Positions 29,383 through 39,567 of a stretch of 64,000 nt of DNA are shown here, in pieces. Each line of letters starts with the position of its first letter. The stretch's first letter is position 1. Position numbers and translations under genes: made by a program. The notes under the pieces were generated by a model. It did no database searches and was not told the DNA's origin. It saw only the letters and a list, made by a program, of their open reading frames with translations. Source of the DNA: Verrucomicrobiota bacterium (GTDB taxonomy: Bacteria > Verrucomicrobiota > Verrucomicrobiia > Opitutales > Cerasicoccaceae); contig JBCBUK010000005.1 in NCBI GenBank assembly GCA_039818205.1, forward strand, positions 192,001 to 256,000, in the 5' to 3' direction.

Positions 29383-30675
29383 CTACTCAATAATTCTGTT
29401 CGTGCCGCCCGTGGATTTCCGTAGCTCAAACTGGTCATAAAGCTCCGCGTCAGCGGTAAAAGCTTTATAGATTAACGTGTCGTCAAGAATCTTGATGTAT
29501 TGAAAAAGCTGAAGATCTTGCCCACTTACCGACATCCACTGGGCATTGTCGTTCTTATACTGCTTGGGGCCACTGACCGATACCACGTAAATCGGGCCAA
29601 CTTCTCCATCGCGCATCGTAACGCCCGTCGACAGGTTCTTGGTATCACCGCGGCCATAGGCATGGTCATGCCCCTGCAAAACGAGATCGACTCCGTATTT
29701 ATCAAATATCGCTTTAAGTGCGTCGCGAATCTGCTGATTGTCGCGGTTGGGTGCCGTTGAATAAACTGGATGGTGCATCGTCACGATGACCCATTTCTTC
29801 TCGTTCTTACCGAGCAACTCCTCAAGCCACGCTTCCTGCTCCGTCAGATACTTCTCCGAAGAAATCATAATCTGCGAATCGAGCGATACGACCTTGGCGT
29901 AAGGAAAGTCCACATAGTAACAGGTCTCCTCCAAACCAGGCACACCATTGTGTGGGAGACTGAAGCCGGGGCGCCATTGTTTGGATAGACTAACCGGATT
30001 GCGGGTGTATTCGTGATTCCCTGGCGTCATCATACTTGGAACCATCGCATGTAAGAAGCCGCCAGCCTCGTGCCACTGGCCCCATTCAAGATCGCTATTG
30101 GGGAGGTTCACGAGGTCGCCCGCATGCAGCATAAAGCCGATATCAGGATAGCTCCTGAAGGCCTCGCGAATGACGCGGGACCACATTGATTTAATATCGT
30201 TTTGGGCGTCTCCAAAATACAACAAAGACAGCCCATCTCCTTCCATATTTGTTGTATTGAATTGCAGCCACTCGCTCCACCATTCTCCGTCTCCAACGCG
30301 GTAGGTGTATTTTTTACCAGGCTCGAGACCGTCCATCACTGCCGAAAAATAATGGGCTTCGATCTCGGGCTCGGAGTTCCCCATGACAGTCAGCTTCTGC
30401 ATCGTGGCATCGACGCGGCGACTCTGCGCTGGGTAATCGGGTGTTGGACTCGCTTCAACGACTTCCACGAATCCTGCGTCCACCGTGGTGTCCGTGCGCC
30501 AGGTCACCGCGACGGCAGTCTCGGGAGTCTCTGTTAAATTGAGAATGATGCGATCTGGAGCCTTCGACGGAAAAAGTAACTTATCGGAATAGCCCGACTT
30601 GTAGACCATGGGTTGATAGGCAGCCAATTGGCTGATCAAGACGAAGGGAAACAATATCGACAGAAGCAAACGCAT
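29383..30675 (-). CDS. Secreted purple-acid-phosphatase-like metallophosphoesterase (FN3 + calcineurin-like domain)
   Basis: Signal MRLLLSILFPFVLISQLAA; GLEPGKKYTYRVGDG; motifs GDAQ, GDLV, GNHE, HHP and GHDH. Confidence 0.9.
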   Translation of the reverse strand: MRLLLSILFPFVLISQLAAYQPMVYKSGYSDKLLFPSKAPDRIILNLTETPETAVAVTWRTDTTVDAGFVEVVEASPTPDYPAQSRRVDATMQKLTVMGNSEPEIEAHYFSAVMDGLEPGKKYTYRVGDGEWWSEWLQFNTTNMEGDGLSLLYFGDAQNDIKSMWSRVIREAFRSYPDIGFMLHAGDLVNLPNSDLEWGQWHEAGGFLHAMVPSMMTPGNHEYTRNPVSLSKQWRPGFSLPHNGVPGLEETCYYVDFPYAKVVSLDSQIMISSEKYLTEQEAWLEELLGKNEKKWVIVTMHHPVYSTAPNRDNQQIRDALKAIFDKYGVDLVLQGHDHAYGRGDTKNLSTGVTMRDGEVGPIYVVSVSGPKQYKNDNAQWMSVSGQDLQLFQYIKILDDTLIYKAFTADAELYDQFELRKSTGGTNRIIE

Positions 30676-30825
30676 GGAAATCACTTGGAGTTGATCGTTG
30701 AAACAAACACTTTCGCGGAAGCGAGTATCCGAAGCCTGCGGATTTGAATTCACTGAGGCAACCACCCATTTGCCATCGCGGAAAAGTTTGCCGAAAGGTC
30801 CATCATCCCCAACCATGCCCGACCG

Positions 30826-31095
30826 ATGCCGAGAAGAAATAAGAAGAAGGAAATGATGATCACCGGGGTAAGCTGCGGTTTCATCTTCCTGGTTGTTTTC
30901 ATATTTCTGATCTTTGAGGTCGGCCTCGGATTCATCCCAACCATGTTTATTTCGGCAATACCGACAGGGGTCCTCGGAGAGCGCTTACAGAAAAAGTTCA
31001 AGCTAACTGCGCAAGAGCTTGCTGGCTCGATATCACTCGCAGTGGTGATCATGGTTACGGTTCCGATCTTTGCCATGGCCATTTTAGCTGGATAG
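30826..31095 (+). CDS. Small hypothetical membrane protein
   Basis: 89 aa with about three hydrophobic segments; ends 6 nt before the next gene. Confidence 0.55.
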   Translation: MPRRNKKKEMMITGVSCGFIFLVVFIFLIFEVGLGFIPTMFISAIPTGVLGERLQKKFKLTAQELAGSISLAVVIMVTVPIFAMAILAG

Positions 31096-31101
31096 AAGCA
31101 G

Positions 31102-31383
31102 ATGCATTTCGATAAAGGCCAAATCATAGCGATCGTTTTCGTGGTCATGAGCTTAGTGACCTTCGTCGCGTATGGGATCGACAAGCGTGCGGCCAAGAAG
31201 GGGTCACGGCGGATTCCAGAAAACACCCTCCACCTCTTTGCGCTATTCGGCGGGTGGCCAGGCGCCCTGATGGGACAAAAGACATTTCGTCACAAAACCG
31301 TCAAAAGCCAGTTCCGTATCGTCTTTTGGATGACGATCGCCGTGAACCTCGCTGCTACTACATGGCTCCTGGGGTGGTGGTAG
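31102..31383 (+). CDS. DUF1294 family membrane protein
   Basis: YGIDKRAAKKGSRRIPENTLHLFALFGGWPGALMGQKTFRHKT. Confidence 0.9.
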   Translation: MHFDKGQIIAIVFVVMSLVTFVAYGIDKRAAKKGSRRIPENTLHLFALFGGWPGALMGQKTFRHKTVKSQFRIVFWMTIAVNLAATTWLLGWW

Positions 31384-31533
31384 ACTCGGATTGATCGGCC
31401 AGTATGCGCATCCATCAGAGGGACTTAAGCCGGTCCTGGCCCCGAAGCTGACGGAGATTGCAATCTGTCTGGGTTATGCTCTATAGTTAAGAAACAATTA
31501 TCACACCAATAGTATAGCACCCCCCCAAGTTAT

Positions 31534-33432
31534 ATGCATCAAAAAGCTATCACCCAACCATTGATTTGGTTGCTCTTCGCGGCGCTCCTGGCTCCGGCCG
31601 GACTTTTTGCCACAAAACGAGTGGCCTATATCTATGGCGACGTCGCTGCCAACGGAACGATTCCGTCGGGCGCAGCCGCACCGTACGACCAAATGCTGCT
31701 GGACGACACCGGATCGACCGGACTCTCGATTTTCGAATCCACGATTCAAGGCGAAGGCTACACGATCACGCAACACTACGACCAATCCCTCAGCCTCGAC
31801 GCCGCATTTCTTTACCAATTCGACGTCATTATCTTTGGCCTACATCAACGCGTTTGGAACACGACCGAACAGCAGGCCCTTGACCAATGGATTCGGGATG
31901 GCGGTGGAATTTTGATGTACAGTGACTCCGCTGCCGGCGGCTTGTTTAGTATCGTTGGCATTGGCAACTCAACCGGACAAACTGCCGTGAACTCTATTTT
32001 GTCCAACTACGGGATGGAAGTCGCGGTTGACCAAGGTGGCGGCACACGCGGGTACCAAGCCTCTTCGGACACCACAAACCCAATCGTTTTCGGATCACTC
32101 ATATTTGAAGGCGAGGGCGTTTCGCCGGTCGCGGTAGACCCGAATGGAATCGCTGAAGCGATAATGCCATTGGACCCCGCCAATCGGGTTTCGGGAGGCA
32201 ACCTATCGATCGGTACCTCCGGCATCTCCATCAGCAATCCTATCTGGGCCGTCATTGGGCATGCTAGCGTTGGTGAAGGAAACGTTATCGCGATCTTTGA
32301 CCGGCAACCGCTGTGGAACAATGGTCCCGGATCGGACATCCTGGAAGAGGACAATCAAGAGATCCTGCGCCGCATGGTGCGCTACCTTGCGCGAGACTAC
32401 GGGAACTCTCCCGAGTGGGTTAACCTGCAAATCCTTTCTGGAGATCCTAGTGACTTCCAAGTGAGTTACCGCCAATGGACTGGAGGCAGTGGTACCAATG
32501 GCTTCAACTATACGGCTCGCAACACGCTATTTGCTGTCGAACAACAAGATGGTTTAGGCTCAAGCGATTGGCGCATTGAGTCGGGTCTGGTCGAGGATAT
32601 CAGCTCAACCCCATTTGGTGATAGTGAAAGTGAAATTGTGACCTTACGTTTGCTTCCCGATCTCGCGGCTACACGATGGTTTGCACGAGTTCTCTATGAG
32701 CCCGCAGATGGCGGTTCGCTACCGGCTGTCACTGCCGGTGGAGATCAATGGATCACAACTACCGGCAGCGCTTATTTGGACTCCACAATAATGAATGCAA
32801 CGAGCCAAACCTGGACCAAGGAATCTGGACCAGGCACTGTCAATTTTGCCGATGACAGCGCGACTCAAACCACCGCAACATTTTCAACCGCGGGCACCTA
32901 TGTCGTGACGATCACCGCCAATGGCGCGAGCGCCACGGCTGAAGATACGTTAACGGTGACCGTCGTCGATACAGCGGACGTTGAGATTGCAATCAACAGC
33001 GGTGGCTCAGTCTTCAGTTCGCAAACCGGATTCAGCTACGTTGCGGATGTTCATTTTGACGGAGGTGGTGTCGACTCATTCCCGGGTAACGCTGTTGAGG
33101 GAACTGCAGACGATGCGCTCTACAATTTCGCACGCTCGCAAAACAGTTCATTCGCCGGATATTCGATCCCGGTCACCAATGGCAATTACCTGGTGGTCTT
33201 ACAGCTCGCGGAGACCTTCTTTACTGAAGATAACAAGCGCGTGTTTGATATCTCAATCGAGGGGCAATTAGTTCTCGACGATATTGACCTGCATCAAGCA
33301 GCACCTGGCAAATGGGTAGCTATTGAACAAGCGTTCTCAACCACCGTCAGCGACTCGGTGCTCGATATCGATGTTTCGGCCTCAATCAACAATCCATTGA
33401 TCAACGCGATCATCGTGATTGATCAGCCTTAG
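31534..33432 (+). CDS. Secreted multidomain protein: class-I glutamine-amidotransferase-like fold, PKD/Ig-like domain, C-terminal malectin domain
   Basis: Signal peptide; FDVIIFG...ALDQWIRDGGGILM; WTKESGPGTVNF...TTATFSTAGTYVVT (PKD-like); AINSGG...YVAD...LAETFF...RVFDISIEG...PLINAI (malectin). Confidence 0.75.
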   Translation: MHQKAITQPLIWLLFAALLAPAGLFATKRVAYIYGDVAANGTIPSGAAAPYDQMLLDDTGSTGLSIFESTIQGEGYTITQHYDQSLSLDAAFLYQFDVIIFGLHQRVWNTTEQQALDQWIRDGGGILMYSDSAAGGLFSIVGIGNSTGQTAVNSILSNYGMEVAVDQGGGTRGYQASSDTTNPIVFGSLIFEGEGVSPVAVDPNGIAEAIMPLDPANRVSGGNLSIGTSGISISNPIWAVIGHASVGEGNVIAIFDRQPLWNNGPGSDILEEDNQEILRRMVRYLARDYGNSPEWVNLQILSGDPSDFQVSYRQWTGGSGTNGFNYTARNTLFAVEQQDGLGSSDWRIESGLVEDISSTPFGDSESEIVTLRLLPDLAATRWFARVLYEPADGGSLPAVTAGGDQWITTTGSAYLDSTIMNATSQTWTKESGPGTVNFADDSATQTTATFSTAGTYVVTITANGASATAEDTLTVTVVDTADVEIAINSGGSVFSSQTGFSYVADVHFDGGGVDSFPGNAVEGTADDALYNFARSQNSSFAGYSIPVTNGNYLVVLQLAETFFTEDNKRVFDISIEGQLVLDDIDLHQAAPGKWVAIEQAFSTTVSDSVLDIDVSASINNPLINAIIVIDQP

Positions 33433-33556
33433 AGTCGGGCGAAGGCCTATTTCCCGGCCAACGATCGATGCGGATTACTTGATACATTCTGCGCATTTCC
33501 CGTAATAATTTAATTGCGGGAACCGCGCCGTTTCTATCATGTCGGGAAAGAGGACC

Positions 33557-34543
33557 ATGACCCTGTCTCCGCCCAACGAAAACCCCGCGATCAAGATCTC
33601 CCAGATGCGCGTGGATTACGAATCCTTCACCGCAGTGGAGGGCCTGGATCTGAACATCGGAGCGGGAGAAGTGTTTGGATTAATTGGGCCAAACGGCGCC
33701 GGTAAAACCAGCACGTTCAAAGTCCTCGCGACATTGCTCGAACCAACCTACGGGGAAGTCTATCTTGGAGGTATCGACATTGCCGAGCAGCCGGGTGAGG
33801 CCCGACGCTTGCTTGGCTACATGCAGGACCTCGCACCGGTGCCAACCGACCTAAAGGTATGGGAGTTCCTGGATTGCTTTGCTCATGCCTATGGTCTTCC
33901 CAGGAAACAACGGAAAGCGCGGGTTGACGAATGTCTGGAATTGGTGGACCTCACCGAAAAGCGAAATGCCTATTGCAAGTCGCTCTCTCGAGGCATGACC
34001 CAGCGCCTGGTCTTAGCCAAGTGTCTGCTACATTCGCCTAAGGTCCTTCTACTTGACGAGCCAGCTAGCGGTATGGACCCAGTATCTCGGGTCCGCCTGC
34101 GCGATACGATTCACATGCTGGCCGAACAGAACGTCGCTGTCCTCATCAGTTCCCACATCTTAAGTGAGCTTTCCAATATCTGCTCGCACATTGGCATCCT
34201 GAACCATGGTCAACTCTTGGACCATGGACCGACATCGGACGTCGTTCGGCGCATGAGCCTAGAGGCGAACTTCCGTTTGATTCGCCTAAAGGTTCTGGAG
34301 GCCGATGAAAAGCTTGGCGAGTTTCTCGACCAGCATGACGACGTCCTTGATTTGGAAGTAAATGCAAGCACGGTAAGCTTCAAGTATTCCGGAAGTCCTG
34401 AGGATCAAGCGCAGCTGCTCAAAGAGATGGTCCTGCAAGAGTTTGCGATCTATTCGTTTGAAGAGCGGGAAACCAACATCGAGGACATTATTCTTGGTCT
34501 CGATGAAGCCTCAAAGCCTCCGCGCGCTACGACTGCCTCATGA
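33557..34543 (+). CDS. ABC transporter ATP-binding protein (ABC-2 exporter type)
   Basis: Walker A GPNGAGKTS, signature LSRGM, Walker B LLLDEP and switch SSHILSE. ATG 33557 is preceded by AGAGGA; an alternative ATG lies at 33539. Confidence 0.95.
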   Translation: MTLSPPNENPAIKISQMRVDYESFTAVEGLDLNIGAGEVFGLIGPNGAGKTSTFKVLATLLEPTYGEVYLGGIDIAEQPGEARRLLGYMQDLAPVPTDLKVWEFLDCFAHAYGLPRKQRKARVDECLELVDLTEKRNAYCKSLSRGMTQRLVLAKCLLHSPKVLLLDEPASGMDPVSRVRLRDTIHMLAEQNVAVLISSHILSELSNICSHIGILNHGQLLDHGPTSDVVRRMSLEANFRLIRLKVLEADEKLGEFLDQHDDVLDLEVNASTVSFKYSGSPEDQAQLLKEMVLQEFAIYSFEERETNIEDIILGLDEASKPPRATTAS

Positions 34544-36177
34544 ATGGTCGACCGTTTAAGATCCGCAGCATCTTCACGGACCTCGCGTTCTGGAGTAATC
34601 CGATTTTCATTCGCTATTGCCGGGCGAAGTTGCGGCCGAAACCGCTCATCGCCTGGGTATTGGTTGTTCTATCGCTCACGGGATTCATATTCAGCCTGAC
34701 CTATCTGCTCCCGTTGCGCGAAGAGAGCATGACACGGGTTGAAGCCGCCCGCCTCAGCTTGATTCCGTTATTTATTATACAGTGCGCTATTCTGATGTTC
34801 AAGGGGTCATTCAGCGTGGCGTCTGGCATCACGCGGGAAGGCATGGAGGGCGTTTTGGACTACCAGCGCCTCGCGCCATTATCACCACTACAAAAGATTG
34901 TCGGCTACCTTTTTGGCTTACCTGTATTGGACTATTGCTTGTTTGCAGTGACCCTGCCCTTCCTGATTTTCACTGTCATCACGGGTAAGATTGCGGTGGG
35001 CCACCTGGTTAGCTTGTACAGCGTATTTGCAACCTCGGTTCTGCTCTATCACATGACGGCGTATATGGCTGGCATGGTCGTAACCAGACGCTTCCTCGCC
35101 GGCTTTATTTCGCAAACCTTGATGTTTGTCCTCTACTTCATTCTGCCAAACCTGAAGGGACTGGGCTACGTTTTTTTCGAATACCTGACGGTTCGGCCAG
35201 CCGTGTATTATCAATTGGCTCAAATCGTCCCCGACCAGGTCCGTCCATTGTTGGGCGTCAACCATGTGGACTTTTTCCAGCTGGACTTCTCGATCATCGG
35301 TTTTTCCCTCGTGATCCAGCTGTTATTGTTCTGGGTGTTCGCGATGGTCGTCTATCGCAAATGGCGACAAGAAACCCTACACATTTTAGGCAAACACTCG
35401 AGTGTGATTGTCTATGCCGGAATCGTTGTCGCGCTGGTTGGCAGCATGATTCCGCTGATTGAAACTGGCCGCATCTTTCCCTCCATTGCTTCCCAGCGCT
35501 TTTTTCATCTCGAGCCCAATATGGTGATCCCTCCGGAAGAGGCCGCAATCATACCGGGCATCTTCGGGTTTCTCATCTTGGCTTTGAGCATGACGATGAT
35601 CGGCCAAATGACCCCAACTCGCGACAAGCAAATGAAGGGATGGCGGCGCGTTTTTAAATACGGACGACGACGTATCCCCTGGGGCGATGACGCCTCAAGT
35701 TCCCTATGGCATGGGCTGGCAATTACCGTCGCTGGAATCGCTGGTTGGTGTGTATTCACCCGCTTCTTGCACACCTCGCATTGGTACTATCGCTGGGACT
35801 TGGGCGACGGGTATTGGATATGGGTCGCATTGGCTATTTTTGCTCCACTGATATTTTTCCAAATGATCATGGAGTTGTGGGGCATGCGAGGCGCGTTCCT
35901 ATTGTCGCTTGGCTGGCTGGTCATGCTATTTGGCGCGATCATCTTGATGGCTATATCCGACTATTGGATCAATGCGGCGACCTATCTCATGATGCTATCC
36001 GGATTTGCCCTACCCTTTTTCGCCGTCGAGGCCGGTATGGATGGCTCCATATGGCAAGAGCTCCCCAGCGCAAAAAGCGCCTTCTTCTACTCATTGATTC
36101 TTTATGCCTTTTGTTTTCCATTTCTTTGCAGCAAATGGTGGAACCACCACCGCGGACTTCGCCAAAACACTCAGTAA
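34540..36177 (+). CDS. ABC-2 type exporter permease
   Basis: ATGA overlap with the ATPase gene; NPIFIR and SGITREGMEGVLDYQRLAPLSP; many TM segments. Confidence 0.75.
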   Translation: MNGRPFKIRSIFTDLAFWSNPIFIRYCRAKLRPKPLIAWVLVVLSLTGFIFSLTYLLPLREESMTRVEAARLSLIPLFIIQCAILMFKGSFSVASGITREGMEGVLDYQRLAPLSPLQKIVGYLFGLPVLDYCLFAVTLPFLIFTVITGKIAVGHLVSLYSVFATSVLLYHMTAYMAGMVVTRRFLAGFISQTLMFVLYFILPNLKGLGYVFFEYLTVRPAVYYQLAQIVPDQVRPLLGVNHVDFFQLDFSIIGFSLVIQLLLFWVFAMVVYRKWRQETLHILGKHSSVIVYAGIVVALVGSMIPLIETGRIFPSIASQRFFHLEPNMVIPPEEAAIIPGIFGFLILALSMTMIGQMTPTRDKQMKGWRRVFKYGRRRIPWGDDASSSLWHGLAITVAGIAGWCVFTRFLHTSHWYYRWDLGDGYWIWVALAIFAPLIFFQMIMELWGMRGAFLLSLGWLVMLFGAIILMAISDYWINAATYLMMLSGFALPFFAVEAGMDGSIWQELPSAKSAFFYSLILYAFCFPFLCSKWWNHHRGLRQNTQ

Positions 36178-36186
36178 TCGCACGCC

Positions 36187-37119
36187 ATGAAAGCCAACCC
36201 CCTCTTACTTATTGCCGGAATTGGCATCGGACTATTCGGCCACGCATTTTTCTCGAACATCGGCGAGTCTGATCCTGTACCGGTGGAGCCGATATCCAGC
36301 ATTTTAGAAACGGATGACCTATCCGAACTCAAAGCACGCCTGGCGGCATCACAGCGGCGAGTGTCTCGGCTCGAGTCCATGCTGAGCGCTGCTACGATGG
36401 CCGAAAACCGACTCCAACAGATCAAGGATCCGGACAACACGGACACCAATCAAATCGGCAACATAGCCGACCTGATCGACAGATCAAAACCGGTCCTTAG
36501 GGCGCTCATCTTACCGGAGATTGAACGCAGCATAGCCAACAATGAATGGGGAGATGATTTTGAATTAAACTACTGGGCCGATACTCTTGAACTTAGCCCC
36601 GACCAAAGGAGCCGACTCCGGGGCGAACTTGACGCGCTCGCTCGAGCACGTGCTGAAATTTTCATGGACCAATTGAAAGACGATCAAACATCCATGTTCT
36701 CCTTGTTCCAGCAGATGTCCGACTACGAGAATATCGGCGACCCCAAAGTCGATTCGATTTACGCCAAACATCTGGACCCGGATCAGCGGGAACAATATGA
36801 TCAACACCAATTCGACGAACGAATGGAGCGCGTCGACAGCGAAGCGGCGAACCGGCTCGACATGATTGGCTACCACATCCCTGACCTTTCCGAGACCCAA
36901 CAGGATCAAATCTATACCGCGCTCGCCCGCAGCTCTAGAGCATATACGCCCGAGATGCAAATCGCCGCCGGCGACAATGTATCGCCCGAATATGGACCAC
37001 TAACTGGCGAAGAACGCGACCTCGCGATTGAGCAAATACTGCTACCTCACCAACAGTCCGATTGGGCGGTGTATCGCAATCGCCAAGAAATCCTTTCAGG
37101 CATCGGAGACTTCGACTAG
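36187..37119 (+). CDS. Hypothetical N-terminally anchored alpha-helical protein
   Basis: N-terminal hydrophobic anchor, coiled coil and repeated LSPDQ/LDPDQ/LSETQ/LLPHQ helix caps; starts 9 nt after the permease. Confidence 0.7.
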   Translation: MKANPLLLIAGIGIGLFGHAFFSNIGESDPVPVEPISSILETDDLSELKARLAASQRRVSRLESMLSAATMAENRLQQIKDPDNTDTNQIGNIADLIDRSKPVLRALILPEIERSIANNEWGDDFELNYWADTLELSPDQRSRLRGELDALARARAEIFMDQLKDDQTSMFSLFQQMSDYENIGDPKVDSIYAKHLDPDQREQYDQHQFDERMERVDSEAANRLDMIGYHIPDLSETQQDQIYTALARSSRAYTPEMQIAAGDNVSPEYGPLTGEERDLAIEQILLPHQQSDWAVYRNRQEILSGIGDFD

Positions 37120-37129
37120 TAAGTCCGGT

Positions 37130-38035
37130 TCAGTTCTTGCGGGCTGGTTGGGCATTTGCCGTTGTGCTGTCGTAGTAGGTATTCAGATCCTCAATTGCGT
37201 GTTCGCGCATGCGGGGGTCAGTGATCCCTTCCGCCCACGACATCAGGACCTCTTTCGGGGCTTCATGCTTCGATCGGATAACCAGGTTGAATACGGGTTC
37301 GTCCAAGGCCGGCGAGCTCTCCAGTGGGGCAAGAAACTCGGAGACTTGAGCAGCGTCTTGGACAATCCATTCGAGCAAAGCACCAGATAGCAGATCATTG
37401 CGAATGCGTCCGTCTTCCAGGCTTAGAAACGTCCGCACACTTGCTTCGGGATCTTGTTCGGCAAAATGTTCGCCAACCTGAAAGGCAGTCACATCGAACT
37501 GATCTTTATTTTCTGGCCGCAGCAAATAACTACCGATTTCGAGCGGATTGGTTTCATGAAGATGATTTCGGAGAAGCTCCACAACCGTATTGTTGAAGAC
37601 CGCATAGTTTTCACGAAACAACTCAAAGCGTTCCAAGGTCACGCCCGTTGGGAAATCCTGAAAGTGCGCAATCAACACGTCACCGACTTGATAATGCCAA
37701 TCATCCAAGTCCATGCGACCAATGGCTACCAAAGCCGCGGTTTGGTCGGACTCTAGCAGCGAGACAAGCAGCTGGCTGAATGCCGCAAGATCACTCGCTT
37801 GGCGGGCCTGATCAAGCTGTGCATAGACTGACGCCGAAACGGATTCTTGTTCGTCGTAATCGACGCTTAGCCCGGCATCAAAGCTCAGCAGATCGTTTGG
37901 CGTTGGCTCACTCGCCTCAGCAACCAGTGTTTGTGGCAAAGGGTTCGGCTCAGGCGCTCGCACACGATCCACTGCCCACCAACAAACGACGAACAGAAAC
38001 AACACGACAGGAAACAACTTTAATGCTTGGCGCAT
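37130..38035 (-). CDS. Hypothetical membrane-anchored helical-repeat protein
   Basis: N-terminal TM and repeats DQTAAL, QDPEAS, WIVQDAAQV and WAEGITDPRMR. Confidence 0.7.
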   Translation of the reverse strand: MRQALKLFPVVLFLFVVCWWAVDRVRAPEPNPLPQTLVAEASEPTPNDLLSFDAGLSVDYDEQESVSASVYAQLDQARQASDLAAFSQLLVSLLESDQTAALVAIGRMDLDDWHYQVGDVLIAHFQDFPTGVTLERFELFRENYAVFNNTVVELLRNHLHETNPLEIGSYLLRPENKDQFDVTAFQVGEHFAEQDPEASVRTFLSLEDGRIRNDLLSGALLEWIVQDAAQVSEFLAPLESSPALDEPVFNLVIRSKHEAPKEVLMSWAEGITDPRMREHAIEDLNTYYDSTTANAQPARKN

Positions 38036-38040
38036 CTTTA

Positions 38041-38076
38041 AAAGTAGGACGCCGGGCCCACAAGGCCCAGCGTCCT
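38041..38076 (-). terminator. Hairpin/terminator between the beta-helix gene and the downstream gene
   Basis: Minus strand AGGACGCTGGGCC-ttgtg-GGCCCGGCGTCCT followed by ACTTTT. Confidence 0.7.
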
Positions 38077-38105
38077 TGATTGTTACGGTTATCCAGAGAA
38101 ACGGA

Positions 38106-39359
38106 TTAGAAGGTGGAACTTGAGTTCAACCAACCACCACCAGGTAGTGAGAAGAATCCGCCGGAACCCTGACTGACTTCGGAACGAGCGAGTCCGGTGT
38201 TGCCAGTAAGCAGGATATTCTGACCAAGCGTCCAGGAGTTCACCTTCGGACCCGAGGCCGTCACCTGACTGAAGTCAAGGTTGCGCATTGTGATCGAATT
38301 ACACTTCACCACTTCAGCACCCCACTTGGTATTACCCTTCAGTGTGATGTTCTCGATCGTGCAGTTACGCACTAGCTGCTCAGGGAACTGAGATTCGGGA
38401 GCAGTGATCGCGATGATCGAGTTGAAGTTGTTTCCGTTAAGCGTCGTGTTGTTGTAGTTCATCAAGGTTCCACCGGCAGCATAGATATTGGCGGTACGGT
38501 CCTCAATATGTAGTGCCTGCGAATAGGTTCCATTCAACTGAGCACCGTAGTTACTGCGGTATAGACCACCGCCGCCTTCAACGGTATTGCGGAGCACATC
38601 AATATTCTTGGCCCGGGCAATCGCGATTCCGAACTCGCGCACCTTGGCAATGTAGTTATCCGCAACGAGCGATGATTGGTTGTTGGCCGACATATCAATT
38701 GTGGTCAACTTGCTGCGATCTTCATTGCCGTAATCGACATTGACTCCCATGAAACCGTCTTTGGCGATATAGGAGTTCTTGAATTCAAAACGACCAACCC
38801 ATAGCGGCGAAGGATTCGCATTCGAACTCCACAACCACAATCCATAGGCGTGGTTGCCAACGAAATGGGTGTTATCAATGACCAGGCCATTGGAGGCCTT
38901 ACCACCACCATTATGCACACCGTAGTTCACGCGGAAAACGGTTGATCCAATCAGCTTGGTATTGGACTTACCGTTGAAGATAACGCCGAAGCGGTCGGCA
39001 TTACCTGATTGGGGGGTAGCCACGTTGCCATTGATGAGCAAGCTGTTGAGCTCAACGTTGTCGACGGTGATCCGGATCACCGGGCCCCAGCCGCCATCAG
39101 TGCGCCTGAATTCGGACGACCAACGGCCGGCCCCGACAATGCGGACTGATCGATTTACGACGAGTTCTTGATTACTCACATAGGCACGCGCGGATAGATT
39201 TATTCGGCCGCCGTTACCAGCAGCATTACACGCATTAAGCAGGCTGCTACGCAGGGTCGAAGCCTGTCCGTTCCAATAGTTGTCTAGGTTCACCGTTTGC
39301 GCGGCGAAGGCAGCGGGCATAGCCATGCAGGCAGCCGCCAAAAGAAGCAACTTCTTCAT
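38106..39359 (-). CDS. Secreted right-handed parallel beta-helix protein (pectin-lyase-like fold; putative polysaccharide-active enzyme)
   Basis: Signal MKKLLLLAAACMAMPAAFA; LLNACNAAGNGGRINL...VRIVGAG cap; Asn-rich beta-helix repeats. Confidence 0.75.
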   Translation of the reverse strand: MKKLLLLAAACMAMPAAFAAQTVNLDNYWNGQASTLRSSLLNACNAAGNGGRINLSARAYVSNQELVVNRSVRIVGAGRWSSEFRRTDGGWGPVIRITVDNVELNSLLINGNVATPQSGNADRFGVIFNGKSNTKLIGSTVFRVNYGVHNGGGKASNGLVIDNTHFVGNHAYGLWLWSSNANPSPLWVGRFEFKNSYIAKDGFMGVNVDYGNEDRSKLTTIDMSANNQSSLVADNYIAKVREFGIAIARAKNIDVLRNTVEGGGGLYRSNYGAQLNGTYSQALHIEDRTANIYAAGGTLMNYNNTTLNGNNFNSIIAITAPESQFPEQLVRNCTIENITLKGNTKWGAEVVKCNSITMRNLDFSQVTASGPKVNSWTLGQNILLTGNTGLARSEVSQGSGGFFSLPGGGWLNSSSTF

Positions 39360-39567
39360 TCTATTAGGGTATTGAGGTTAGGGATTTATACGAGAGATGA
39401 ACGACTATACGGGGTGGTATGTCGCACGATGTTTAGTTTACACGCGTCTAGCTAAAAATCCAGTCTAATATCATCAATTAGCGACACTTTCTTGTGCCAC
39501 CAAATCTCTAACGAAAATCGCTCTTCGAAAAACTGACTGTCCGAACGGGATGCGACCCGTAGAACTC

